Source: Eledone cirrhosa (lineage: Eukaryota). Taken from it: a stretch of 64,000 nucleotides of DNA. Shown here in pieces: positions 14,099 through 26,577 of this stretch. Position 1 is the first letter of the stretch. Every line of letters starts with the position of its first letter. The translations under genes and the position numbers were made by a program. The notes beneath the pieces were generated by a model that did no database searches, had not been told where the DNA came from, and was given only the letters and a program-made list of their open reading frames with translations. The stretch is taken from the NCBI GenBank assembly GCA_964016885.1, contig OZ024741.1, forward strand, positions 186,124,001 to 186,188,000, in the 5' to 3' direction.

Positions 14099-14738
14099 AC
14101 TCACAGATTTTGTGAAATCCAGGGAAAAACCAATATAGTCATAACTCAGAATCAAATAAAGCTTAAATACTCATCCTTCAATTTGGAAAAACTACAGATG
14201 CTCTATATAGTCTTAAAAAGACTATTTCACGAAACTTTTCAGATGGGATGGTCACGTTTGTAGTCGTTCATCAGTAGAACTCAAACACGATAACCCTTTT
14301 ACCACTGCCAGAATATGCCAAAAAGGGAATTTAAAAGCAGGCTAGTTCACCTCGTGCGGAATTATAAAAATAAACACACATGGAGGGACATGGCTGGTGA
14401 CGTCAGAATGAGACGAATGTCTATTTACAGAAACGGCAGTCAAAAACATTCCGAAAAAACTTTACAAAATGTAAGGAGTTCAGCAAAATAGCAATATTAT
14501 CGCGGTTTAAAAAAAAAAGAGACCGGGATTAGTCACAAATAATTTTAAGCACTCTAGGAAAAATTCCGAGTATAAATATAAATGAAAATATAGAAATTAT
14601 TGTGAGCAAGAAGCCAACAGTATTTCATAATATATAAGTGACTATAACGTCAAAATGGAAAATAATTAACGTAAGATCTGGGAAAATAATTCAAACTCAA
14701 TTAAAAAAATATTAAGACAGAGATTTTATCCACAGATA
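14066..14738 (+). mobile_element. Unclassified dispersed repeat of about 640 bp (permuted copy)
   Basis: Homologous to the reverse complement of 49785-50420 with the segment order swapped. Confidence 0.8.
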
Positions 14739-14765
14739 AATGTAAGTATGCACACGTACACACGC

Positions 14766-14896
<131 letters not shown>

Positions 14897-14977
14897 GGTA
14901 AACAGAAATAACAACACAATCTGTACAGTATATGGAAGGTATATATTAGGTTAACGCTAGATATAGAAGGAAGAGGG

Positions 14978-15013
14978 TCTTAACGTTTCGGACGCCAGTC
15001 CTTCATCAGAAGA
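14978..15013 (-). ncRNA. Minimal hammerhead ribozyme, family C
   Basis: Minus strand: tctt CTGATGA a ggac-tggc-gtcc GAA ACGT T aaga; typical PLE-type minimal motif with palindromic stem III. Confidence 0.75.
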
Positions 15014-15073
15014 AAGAATGAGGAATAAAATAGATTGAGGGGACGGGCGGGTTGGAATTGGAAAAAATGTATT

Positions 15074-15153
<80 letters not shown>

Positions 15154-15274
15154 TATCATATGAAGCAACTGAGTAAAGGGCCCACGTTGTTCCCTATGTC
15201 TTTCACTCTAGTTGTAGCATACACTGTAATGAAAACATGTTCTTTTTATGTATTCTCTCCTACATATATATATA

Positions 15275-15440
15275 TTAAAATAACAGATTAAAGTTTAAAC
15301 AAAGAACCACTGCTTTCACCATTAGCGAGATCTTTTAAGGGTGAAATCAGCGATTCTTTGGTTAAACTTTAATCTGTTATTTTAATAAATATTTGTTCTT
15401 ATATATTTGATATATATTTATCCTTATCGAGCCCTCTTTG
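15275..15440. mobile_element. Inverted pair of Hydra-like pseudo-LTR 3' ends
   Basis: aaaataacagattaaagttta...ctttcacc / gggtgaaatcagcg...taaactttaatctgttatttt, followed by tccttatcgagccctct. Confidence 0.75.
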
Positions 15441-15926
15441 AGATCACCCTTTGATGAGCAAACTCGAATAGAAGACGATGTGTCTTTAAGTATATTGGGG
15501 TCCTTATTAATAATCTATATTCTTGTTCACCCGCCTAAATTTTCTTCATGATCAAAACACACCGGTTTACCTTTGTTGGTGTCTTTTCTTTTCTTTCTTT
15601 TATTCTTTATTTCATGAATATTTTTTTAAACAACGATGCTATATATTATATTTCATGTATTTTTCTAATTTTATGAATGTCACTTGTTTCCTATCCCAAA
15701 CACCCCTATCTCTCTCTCTCTCTCAATCTCTCTCTCTCTCGCACGCGCTTTCTCTCTCTCTCTGTAAGTTAATTTATTTCAATTTAAAAAATGAATGTGC
15801 TATATATATATATATATATATATATATTCGTGTGTGTGTGTGTGTGTGTAGTGGGGGGGGGGGTTATATATATATATATATATACGATATATTAAAAAAT
15901 GGAAACTATAGTGATAAAACCATATT

Positions 15927-15991
15927 TATTTCATTATACATATTTCAAGGACACCAAGTTAAATTATGGTGTGCTTTCATCAGATAAAATA
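15927..15991 (-). ncRNA. Minimal type I hammerhead ribozyme, family A copy 2
   Basis: Minus strand: tattttat CTGATGA aagcacacca-taatttaact-tggtgtcctt GAAA tatgta TA atgaaata; 8-bp stem I. Confidence 0.8.
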
Positions 15992-16094
15992 TAATATAGA
16001 GCAGTTTTATAAATAAATATTGACATACCCTTAAAGAATGCGACCATTTCTGTTGGAAGCTCCCGGATAATATATATATATATATGTGTGTGTG

Positions 16095-16173
<79 letters not shown>

Positions 16174-16555
16174 ATATATATATATATGTGTGTGTGTATG
16201 TGTGTATGTATACATATTTATATACATGCATGCATATCTATAGTCTGAGCGGGAGTGAGAGACGAGAGTGAAATCTGTCCATGTATCTAGCAGAATCAGC
16301 CACACTATAGCATACAGGAAGATTTTTATATTACCCTAGCCCTCAGTCTCGACGTCTCGCTCTCTACCGAATCCAATTTAATTTTTCATTATATTATTCT
16401 TCCTTGAAGTATTTTGCACTAAGCACCCTTTTCTCCACATCCACGAACTAATATGTCTTCTCTTTTCTTATCTTACCATCTCTCGCTCTCTCTTTCTCTT
16501 CTCTCTCTTTCTCTCTCTCTCGCTCTCTCTTTATATACATAAAAATATAAAATAA

Positions 16556-16587
<32 letters not shown>

Positions 16588-16726
16588 CGTTTCTGAATTT
16601 GTTAGCAAGATTCTTTATCTGAAATCGTGTGTTGAAACCGATATTGTTATACTTTGGGAGGGTCATGTTACCAATAAGAAACTGGTGCGTGTGTTTCTTA
16701 TTGGCAACATGACCCTCCCAAAGTAT

Positions 16727-16762
<36 letters not shown>

Positions 16763-17639
16763 GGGTGTGTGTGTCTATGTATATATGTATACGTGTGTGT
16801 GCGTATGTGTGCGTATGTGTGTGTGTGTGTATATATACACACATATATATATATATATATGTATTAGATCTGATGAAGGATCTGCACTACCAGATTTTCA
16901 AGGTCCAAGATATCATAATAGCATCCCTACGATTCCACATTTTGGACGGAATAATATACATAGATACCCCCCCCCCCACATGCACACACACCCATACACC
17001 CACATACACCCCCACCCACGCACACACACATATGAAGCCCCCACACCCATATAATTATTTTTTGTAAACCTGCTTGTTATTTTTTACTATAGAGGGCTCG
17101 ATGAGGATAAATATATATATCAAATATATATGTGTGTGTGTGTGTGAGTTTCTGTGTGTGTACATGTGTGTTTAAGCATGCATGCATACATACGTGTGTA
17201 TGTGTGTGCCTGTGTAATGCTTCCTTTCTATCCATATCTCAACTCCTCCCAATACTCCCATAATGCTTCTTTTAATTTCCACTATCCGTTATATAAGATT
17301 TTATCTCAGTATCTATTTTACACTGACTCACCCAGATCTTACCGATTTCCTATTTTCATATTGGATAATTACGGAATTATATAGATTTCAAAAAATAAGG
17401 GTTGGACTTAGACCTTTAGAGGTCCGCGGCACTTCAGAATTGGGGTAGTTTCTCATACACAACAAAAAATAGAATACACAGCTTCCTCGCCCCCAATATT
17501 CATATCAAGTTAGCTTGGCGCTTGTAAATGTAATTGAACATTTTATACATACATGTATAAAATTCAAAAATTCTAACCACCTCTTATGTCCTTAAGAACC
17601 AACAATCCAACACGTTAACTCGAACTGAGAAATTAAACT

Positions 17640-17800
17640 CCAACTTTGACTATCAAGATACAAACTGTTGAACTATTACCAACTTTGACTATCAACATAT
17701 GAACTGTGGAACTAGTACCAACTTTGACTATCAACATACGAACTGTAGAACTAGTGCCAACTTTGACTATCAACACATGATAAGTGGAAGTAGTACCAAA
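17640..17800. repeat. 39-bp minisatellite, about 4 units
   Basis: Unit ccaactttgactatcaacatacgaactgtagaactagta. Confidence 0.9.
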
Positions 17801-18139
17801 TTTTCCACTTACTCAGGCCGCTAATATTTATTTGTAGTGGTCCAGCCCATTCTCGCCATGCGTCGTACTATCAGATAACACCATCCCAAAACTAAATAAC
17901 CCATCTGAGGGCACAAATAAATTGCTATGGCTGTTACTGGTTCCACCCCACCCCCACACACTGCTGGGGAAGCGGGCATTTCCCCCTTTGTCCCCCATTA
18001 TATCTGGCCCTGGTTGTCATGTCTCCAGCACTTGTGATCTTACATCTCATTCGATCCTCAGCGGCACGTTGAGTTATTCTGTAAAACATTACATTTCGTG
18101 TTACTCCTGTCCTCTCAGCTGAAAATAAAAAGAACTAGT

Positions 18140-18380
18140 TGGTATTCAAATGGTCAGCTTTTTGACGCACTAAGAAAAGCTGAATCTGCCCGAGATCTAT
18201 GTTAAGATTGCACGTGTCACTCAAATTTTCAGCACCAGACCGGCTCTTCCGATGTTCAAACATCTGGTACCGTCATCCTCAAAACCGACGGAGATCTATC
18301 CACGCCCACACACACCCACACACACAAACACATACACACCCACACTTGATCAATAGCTTGCTTTTTCTTTAATTCAGTTT
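18140..18380 (-). mobile_element. About 240-bp dispersed repeat attached to (GAA)n
   Basis: Near-identical inverted copy at 40970-41209. Confidence 0.85.
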
Positions 18381-18392
18381 TCTTAACTTCCA

Positions 18393-18423
<31 letters not shown>

Positions 18424-18999
18424 CTTCTTCTTCTTCTTCTTCTTCTTCTTCTTCTTCTTCTTCTTCTTCTTTGTTAACAGTTCTATCCATTTTAATTTCA
18501 AGACCATATTATTTTAAAGGACTACAGATATAATACCTTAAATCAATGCTGAGTTGTTACCACTACACTGAGGAAATCATGAAAGAAAAAGCACGAAAGT
18601 AAGATCTGCTGTGATTATATATAAAAGTGAAAGAAGGCACCCATGAACATATTACAAGATGGCTGATCAATGATTATAATGTTTAATATATATATAATAC
18701 TACAAAGTTTTGAAATGGTCTTTATTTTGTTACCTATGATTTCATATATGTAATGAAACACTAAATTTTGGAGTAATGCTTCATATATGCAGGATGTATA
18801 GTTTCAAATATAGACACAAAACTAAATATTGTTGTGGTAGTATGTATAATATAGGTCCCACATTCTCTAATCAGAACATAACAGTATACATTCTAGTTAT
18901 GGTATAGTCAACTAAATTGACCTAAGTACTTAAACTAGTTTATATTGTTCCCTCGTAGAGGAAAATCGAGAGTATTTTTATTCATAGGATATTGTAATA

Positions 19000-19095
19000 C
19001 AGGGTGTCCCCAAAAATTTGACATCATTGAGCTAGACTTAGTAGTTTTCGAGATATTTGTTTTTAAAATGATGTCAAATTTTTTTGCACACCCTG
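19000..19095. mobile_element. Tc1/mariner-type MITE
   Basis: TA-cagggtgtccccaaaaatttgacatcatt ... aatgatgtcaaattttttgcacaccctg-TA: terminal inverted repeats with TA duplication. Confidence 0.85.
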
Positions 19096-19359
19096 TATAA
19101 TTTGGTATGAGATTTACTTCTGAGAACATTTACAACTGGGTATTGGTAAACTTATTTTCAATAACAACAATACTTTCTCGTGGATTAAAATTTCTATTTG
19201 AATACAATAACGACTGTATTTTATGGCGATTTGTGTTATCGGCAACTGAATTATAAAAGGGAAGGTTGACGCTTGCGGGATTTGAACTGAGAACGTAGAA
19301 TAGCAGAATAAGAACATAAAAATGTGTCTGCGAGCGTCATTGAAGTATAATAATGTTAA

Positions 19360-19413
<54 letters not shown>

Positions 19414-19415
19414 AA

Positions 19416-19448
<33 letters not shown>

Positions 19449-19450
19449 AA

Positions 19451-19502
<52 letters not shown>

Positions 19503-19919
19503 TTCTTTCTCTCTCTATCTATCTCTCTCTCTTTCTTTCTCTCTCTCTCTATTTCTCTCCCCCCTCTCTCTATCTATCTCTCTATCTCTCTCTCTATCTA
19601 TCTATCTATCTATCTCTCTATCTATCTATATCTCTCTCTATTCCTTGCTCTCCATTTCCTTCTCTGCGTATTTATCTACCTTCCTCACTCTAAGGCACAG
19701 AGCAATGACCGAAAACTTATAATCTTCACACTTCATGGTAAACGACCTCAGCACATTCTTTCATGAATTCTCATATGCATTAATTGCTCCTACTTCAAAC
19801 CAGCGCTATGTACCTTAAGCTTCCGGAATTTAACTTATTCCATCTTCTATTATTTGAGACCTCAAGGTTCTATAGCTTATTTGAGATTGCAAAATCGCTC
19901 TCAATCCCTCAATCTTATC

Positions 19920-20284
19920 TTCTCTCACTCTCTCTCTCTCTCCGTCAATATTCTCTTCTCTCTCTCTCTCACTCTCACTCTCTCCGTCTCTCTCTTTCTC
20001 AATCTTGTCTTCTCTTCTTTCTCTCTCTCTCTCTCACCCTTCTCTTCTCCCTCTCCCTCTCCCTGCCCGCTCTCTCTCTCTCAACTCTTTCTCTCTCTCT
20101 CTCTCTCTCTCTCACCCTTCTCTTCTCTCTCTCCCTCAATCTTCTATCTCTCTCCCTCTCTCTCCTTCTCTCTCACCCTTCCCTCCCCCCCCCCTTCTCT
20201 CTCTCTCTCTCACCCTTCTCTTCTCTCTCTCTCTCTCTCAATCTTCTATCTCTCTCCCTCTCTCTCCTTCTCTCTCACCCCTTC

Positions 20285-20376
<92 letters not shown>

Positions 20377-20595
20377 ATTGTACTGTTCTCCTCTGTTTCA
20401 GTGTTTATCTGTCAATCTCACTCTACAGCGATTTATTAATACATATATGTATCTACATATTTGTGTGTATATATGTGGTGTATACATACACATACATTCT
20501 TACATAGAAACATACATACATGCGTACATACATGCATACATACATTCATACATACATACATACATACATGCATAAATACATATATACATGCATAA

Positions 20596-20626
<31 letters not shown>

Positions 20627-20880
20627 CATGCATAAATACATACATTCATACATACATACATACATACATACATATTTACATGCATAAATACATACATACA
20701 TTCATACATACATATATACATACATACATACATACATACATACATACACATCAGTAGTTTAACTCGGTGCATTGCCAATATTTCCCCAAACCTTGCACAC
20801 ACACATACACACACACACACACACACACGCACGCACACGCACACACACGCACATACACATACACACATACACACACACAC
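19920..20880. repeat. (CT)n-derived satellite followed by (TACA)n/(CA)n
   Basis: Visible directly; source of the poly-LS ORFs. Confidence 0.95.
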
Positions 20881-21212
20881 AGTGACAACAACAGAAGCAC
20901 TTTCCACATATCCATTACCAAAGACTTAGCTTCAAACTATAGATTTCTTATCTTTGAAATAATCGCTATCCTTTGAGACTTTGCTATTTCATTTTGGAGG
21001 GAAAAACTTCAAGTGGTTCCGGTTTCTAAGAACCTCTTGCCAGAACCATTTTTTATGGACATATTTCTTCCCCCTCTCTATTACACTCTTTGACGTGTTC
21101 CTTCCATATTTCCCTTTGTTTCTCCTCCTACTGACACTCTCTATCGCTGTAACGCTCTATCTTCACACACACACACAGAGACACACATCCACCCATACAC
21201 ATACATATATTC

Positions 21213-21256
<44 letters not shown>

Positions 21257-21278
21257 TCATACATACATACATACATAT

Positions 21279-21309
<31 letters not shown>

Positions 21310-21437
21310 CATGCATAAATACATATACACATACAAACATAAATGTATGTATATATATATTTATATATATATATATATATATGTATGTATATATATAAAT
21401 ATATATTTGTATATATATATATGTATATATGTATATA

Positions 21438-21486
<49 letters not shown>

Positions 21487-21526
21487 GGTATATGTATATA
21501 TGTATATATATATGTATATATATATG

Positions 21527-21697
<171 letters not shown>

Positions 21698-21978
21698 GTG
21701 TGTGTCTGTGTGTATGTGTGTGTTTGGTTACTGTTAACAGATGTAATTACAGAAGAAAGCTATTAGAAAACGTCTAATTAAATCAAAACCTACCTTCACC
21801 TTCTTTCTTTTACAAATAAATATTTAATGTAATGTACCTAAGAACATCATTTAAGATACACACCCAACCGGTTAGATTATTCACCTGAAGATATCGTAAA
21901 TCATCTCATTATACGCAACATATTACGCTGAAGGAGCAACAGAAATACCATTGATGTTGTTGTTATCATCATCATCAT

Positions 21979-22014
<36 letters not shown>

Positions 22015-23058
22015 TATTATTATAGATATAGTTATTATCGTTCATAATGATATTATAATCATCTTCCCCCCCCCCCCCCATGATTTGAAAAATAGACCAA
22101 AAGGGATTAGATACAACGTGGAAAATATGCATTAAATATTTGTTCGAGGTTAACGAATTCTGTGTGTGAATGCCCTAACAACAATTACAGAGTTAAATAT
22201 TGCAAATTTTGGGACATGAAAAATTACTCTATTCTTAAAGTTATTTTGTCAATATCTTTACTGATGTGGTTTTGTTTCATTCTAGCTGTGAGATGATGGA
22301 GCTAATGATGTTTTGCTGTAAATAATCCTATTTCATTATTATTCGTTTTGTACAGTTTAATCGGTGAGTAGTGCTCAAACGCTTTCTATTTTTAAGGAAT
22401 CTGATACTGGTTGGACAAAGTACAGTTGTTTTCTCATATATAATTAAATATTTTGCTCAAATATATATCATACGTGTGTAAACATGGGCGTAAAGCAGTA
22501 TTGCTTGAATGAGGCTCATGGAGGCTGCAGCTGGGCAACCCTCCGTTATTTCTCTGGTCCCTAGAAATACAGTGAGGTAGAGATTAAACCTCTGCAAACC
22601 TGAAACCAACAACTCACGATGTTACATGAAATATAAATGAAACTGTAACATATAAATGTGTTGTTGCAGGTGTTGTTGTTTTTGTTATAGATATGTCTAT
22701 TACTATCATTATCAGCGTTACACTTCACTCCGTCTACACGTGAGCATTTGTAATGCCTGGCTTATTAACAAGAATACGAGATCTCTTATCATATAATTAA
22801 TAAATAGATTTTAAAAGGCGTGGTGATGTTGCGCTTTTATTAAACAATTCTCTAATGTTGTTACTTGTTCATACTCCTTTACGTTACATGTCTTGACTTA
22901 ACATGTATATGTGTACTAAGTCTATGGTGCGGCTGTGTGTTTATGTATATATATATAGTAATAATAATAAATTTGAAGACTAAAATCCAAAGAGGGCTCG
23001 ATAAGGATAAATATATATCAAACATATAAGAACCGTAGAGCAAATGTTAATTAAAATA

Positions 23059-23134
23059 ACAGATTAAAGTTTAAGCAAAGAATCGGTGCTTTCACCCTTA
23101 ACGGAATCTTCTGAAACAAACAAAGTCAATCTGT
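23059..23134 (-). ncRNA. Variant hammerhead (family D) in the PLE 3' repeat
   Basis: Same motif as 36885-36960. Confidence 0.45.
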
Positions 23135-23456
23135 GAACGCAGAAGTGAATATTTCAAAAAACGTTGCAACCGGAGGAAGACAGGAAGACGATACTTTGGT
23201 TCGTGAAAACGTTTCCTGGCAAAGAACGGGAAAAAACGAATATAATACGTCATTATTCGGAGCGGGGAAAAACAATTACACGCAAAGACAGGACCACGTT
23301 TATGGTATAAAAGAAGTCGTAGACTAATATTCTATTGGGTGGTTCATAGAGACGTTCTCTGGCAATGAACGGAAAAAACGAAGATAATACGTCATATGTG
23401 GAGCGGTGAGAACAATTGCACGCAAATACAAAACCACGTAAATGGTATAAATGAAG

Positions 23457-26400
23457 CACTTTCCCTTCCAAACACACACACCAGCCACCCACCCCTGATG
23501 CCGCTCTGTTCCCCAGTCCCCGGCCCCACGCCCATCCCCCACCCCTCCAAATCGACACCTGCAGCACTTGCGGCACTACTAACAAACGGAAGAGGGGCCG
23601 GAACTGTTTGGGGTGCGGCTGCTTCCACAACCTCACTTACGTTGGCTTGACTTGTCGAGCTTCCAATGCCCTCGCAGCGTGGAAGTGCAGGAACTGCCTC
23701 TTCCCCACGTCTTCCCAGCCACGCCCATCTGGCACACCACCAGATGGGACAGCGAGCTTGCCTGACGCCCGAGCATCGCTGGTCAAAATCGCTCGGCTGA
23801 GGCGGCTCCGGAAGATCCCACTCAGGATCCGGAGAGCGGCACGGGTGCCGGTGGCTGATGCCCTCGCTTCCTCGATTGAGAGCACCCTGGACTCCAATCG
23901 AGCCAGTGACTGGGAGCGGCTGTTCTATTTCGCCCCACTCGCCCTCGGCCTCCCCAGCTCTGTCAGCAGCAGCCCAAATCGCCCTCGGCCTCTGGCCCTC
24001 GGTCAGGAGGAGCCTTCATCAAGGCCAATATCTCGTTATTTCGGCGAGCGCCCATTCCAAGCGTGCCCAGGGACGCCACACACCCCACCCTCAGGTACCC
24101 CCTGTCCTCCACCCCCGAGGCCAGCACCAAGCGTTTGCGTGACCAGGTAAACGCAAAGCTTATCATGGATGATGTCTCGGCCGCAGTCAGAGTTGTTGCC
24201 TCAGAGGACACTGTCCTCCAACCCACCGAGGAGATCCTGGCTGCTCTGCGGCTCAAACACCCTGAGTCACCCACTGATCTCAGACCCATACCCCCTCCCG
24301 ACCCCCACCTGCTCCTTGTGGCTATTGATGCAGATATCATGTCCGCTATCAGGTCCTTCCGATCTAGCAGCTGCGGAGGTGTTGATGGTCTCCGACCAGG
24401 CTACCTCAAGGAGTTGACATCCCCCCTCTCCACTGAAGCCGGGCGCCGCCTTCTGAGTGTAATTGTGACGGTCACCAATAGGCTCATTCATGGTGCCCTC
24501 GACCCTTACGCCCGAGGCCTCTTTTTTTCGGCCAGCCTCACCGATCTCAGGAAGAAAGAGGGTGGCATACGCCCCATTGCTGTGGGCAATGTCTTCCGGA
24601 AGCTGGGTGCCAAGGTGATCTGCAAGTCCGTCACACATGAACTGGGTGAGGAGTTTAGTCCGGTGCAACTGGGTGTCGGCGTGTCCGGTGGCTGTGAGGG
24701 AACCTCTCATGCAATCAGGCAATTCTTCAGCAGCTGCCCATCGGTACCGGCATCCAGGGACTCCAGGCACCTCATTGTCAAGCTTGACATGAGCAATGCC
24801 TCTAACTCTTAACGCCGGGATCATCTGCTCGAGGCCTGCCTCAGCCGAGCCCCCTCTGCCTACCCGCTGGCCTACCTGTCATATGGAGCCCCGAGCATGC
24901 TCCTAGCTGCTGATACGGTCATACCCTCGGCTACTAGGGTCCAACAGGGCGACCCTTTGGGACCCCTCCTCTTCGCCCTTGGTATTGACCACATCGCCCG
25001 GAGTATCACGGCCCCTCTCAACGTTTGGTATCTAGATGTTGCTACGTTGGGCGGGTCCGTACGGACGGTCTGCCTAGACCTTCAATCGGTGAATACTGCC
25101 CTGGCTGGCATCGGCCTCCAGGTCAACTCGGCCAAGTCGGAGGTGGTGAACGTCAGCCTCGATGCTGTGAGCTTTGCAGCCTCCGTCTTGGAGGTGCGGT
25201 CCATTCTCCGCCAGGTTCAGGTGACCTCCAAAGAGGATGTCTTTATCCTCGGGTCACCGATCCACCCGCCGGCCATCCGCTCCACCATCAGGCTTCAACA
25301 GCTCCAGACTCTCTCGAGCCAACTGGGCTTGATTGACGGCCACCCAGCTCTCTTTCTGCCGAGGAACTGCTTCGCCATGCCAAAGATCCTCTATACACTC
25401 CGCAGCGCTCCATGCTACACCCAGACATCTCTCCTCGCTGACCTCTATACATGTATCCGAGCAGCAGCCATGGGGATATGCAACGTAAAGTTTGACGATA
25501 TAGGGTGGCAACAGGCCACTTTACCGGTCAGGTGTGGCAGCCTAGGCCTCCGATCCCCGATCTCACTTGCTTTGCCGGCGTATCTTTCGTCGGTAACCTC
25601 GTGCCGCGTCCTCGTCAGCAGGGTTCTTCAAAACACAACAGAACCCTCTGTGTTCAGGGAACGTGAGGCCGCCTGTGAGACGTGGGACCGGCTGGGACTT
25701 AGCCCACTAGACGTCCCCCTTCTTCTTCCCCTGTTGACGGCAATCCACTCCCCAACGCACTTGGGATGCCATCCAGTGCAGCCTGGCCTTAGACAGGCTC
25801 ACGCGCCAGCTCGACCAGCATCACCTTGCTTGTTTTCGTGCTGCCTCCAAACCCCACAGTGGTGCCTGGCTCCATGCTCTGCCCTCCTTCTCCAGTGGCA
25901 CGCAGCTAGACAACCATAGCCTGCGAATAGGCGTTTCCCTGAGGCTCGGCCTCCGGATCTGCCAGCCACACCAATGTCGCTGCGGTTCCACCGTGGACTC
26001 TTTCGGCCTGCACCCGCTTTCCTGTCTCCACAGTGCCGGCCGCATTCCACGTCATACTGCCCTCAACGAGGTCATTAAGCATGGCTTGGACGCTGCAGGC
26101 TTCCCTTCCCAGCTCGAGCCGGTGGGGCTGGATGGAGGGGACGGCAACGGGCCAGATGGCATGACCATCTTCCCGTTCACGGTGGCAAACCCCTCGTCTG
26201 GGAAGCCACTTGCACCGACTTTTTCTGCAGCCGCAACCTGGTGCAGTCTACGACTGGCCCAGGTTCTGCTGCACGTCGGGCTGAGGGGACCAAACTCCTC
26301 AAATTTCGGTCGCTCTCCGACAGGTTTGCGGTCGTTCCCCTGGCAGTGAAAACTTCTGGTGTCCTCGGCCCCAGGGCTACCTCCTTACTCACCACCATAG

Positions 26401-26577
26401 GCGCTGAGCTGGCCAGCCGTAGGTGTGAGCCCCGCGAGTTGGAGTGGACTTTCCAGCGCGTCTCCCTTGCCGTCCTCCGGGGAAACGCCTTCTCCATTCT
26501 GTCCGCCGGGGCTGTGGATGGGCTACATCGCGTACCATTACATTAGTTAAATACCATTCTTTCATCCCAGTAGAGTT
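23457..26577 (+). mobile_element. CRE-clade-like non-LTR retrotransposon (PHD-like finger, RT, CCHC, restriction-like endonuclease), inactivated
   Basis: IRPIAVGNVFRKL, QLGVGVSGGCE, KLDMSNA, VQQGDPLGPLLF, WYLDV (YxDD mutated); CRCG..H..SC..RH; EPVGL..GPDG; VVPLAVKTSG. Broken over the ORFs at 23608, 24063, 24897, 25993 and 26241. Confidence 0.85.

Noticed and set aside
16872-16906. CTGATGA plus an aggatctg/cagatttt hairpin as a hammerhead
   Set aside because: GAAA is replaced by caag and no stem III/I is evident; at best a dead copy
17640-17800. Regularly spaced repeat that superficially resembles a CRISPR array
   Set aside because: The whole 39-bp unit repeats, with no unique spacers and no cas genes, in a eukaryotic context
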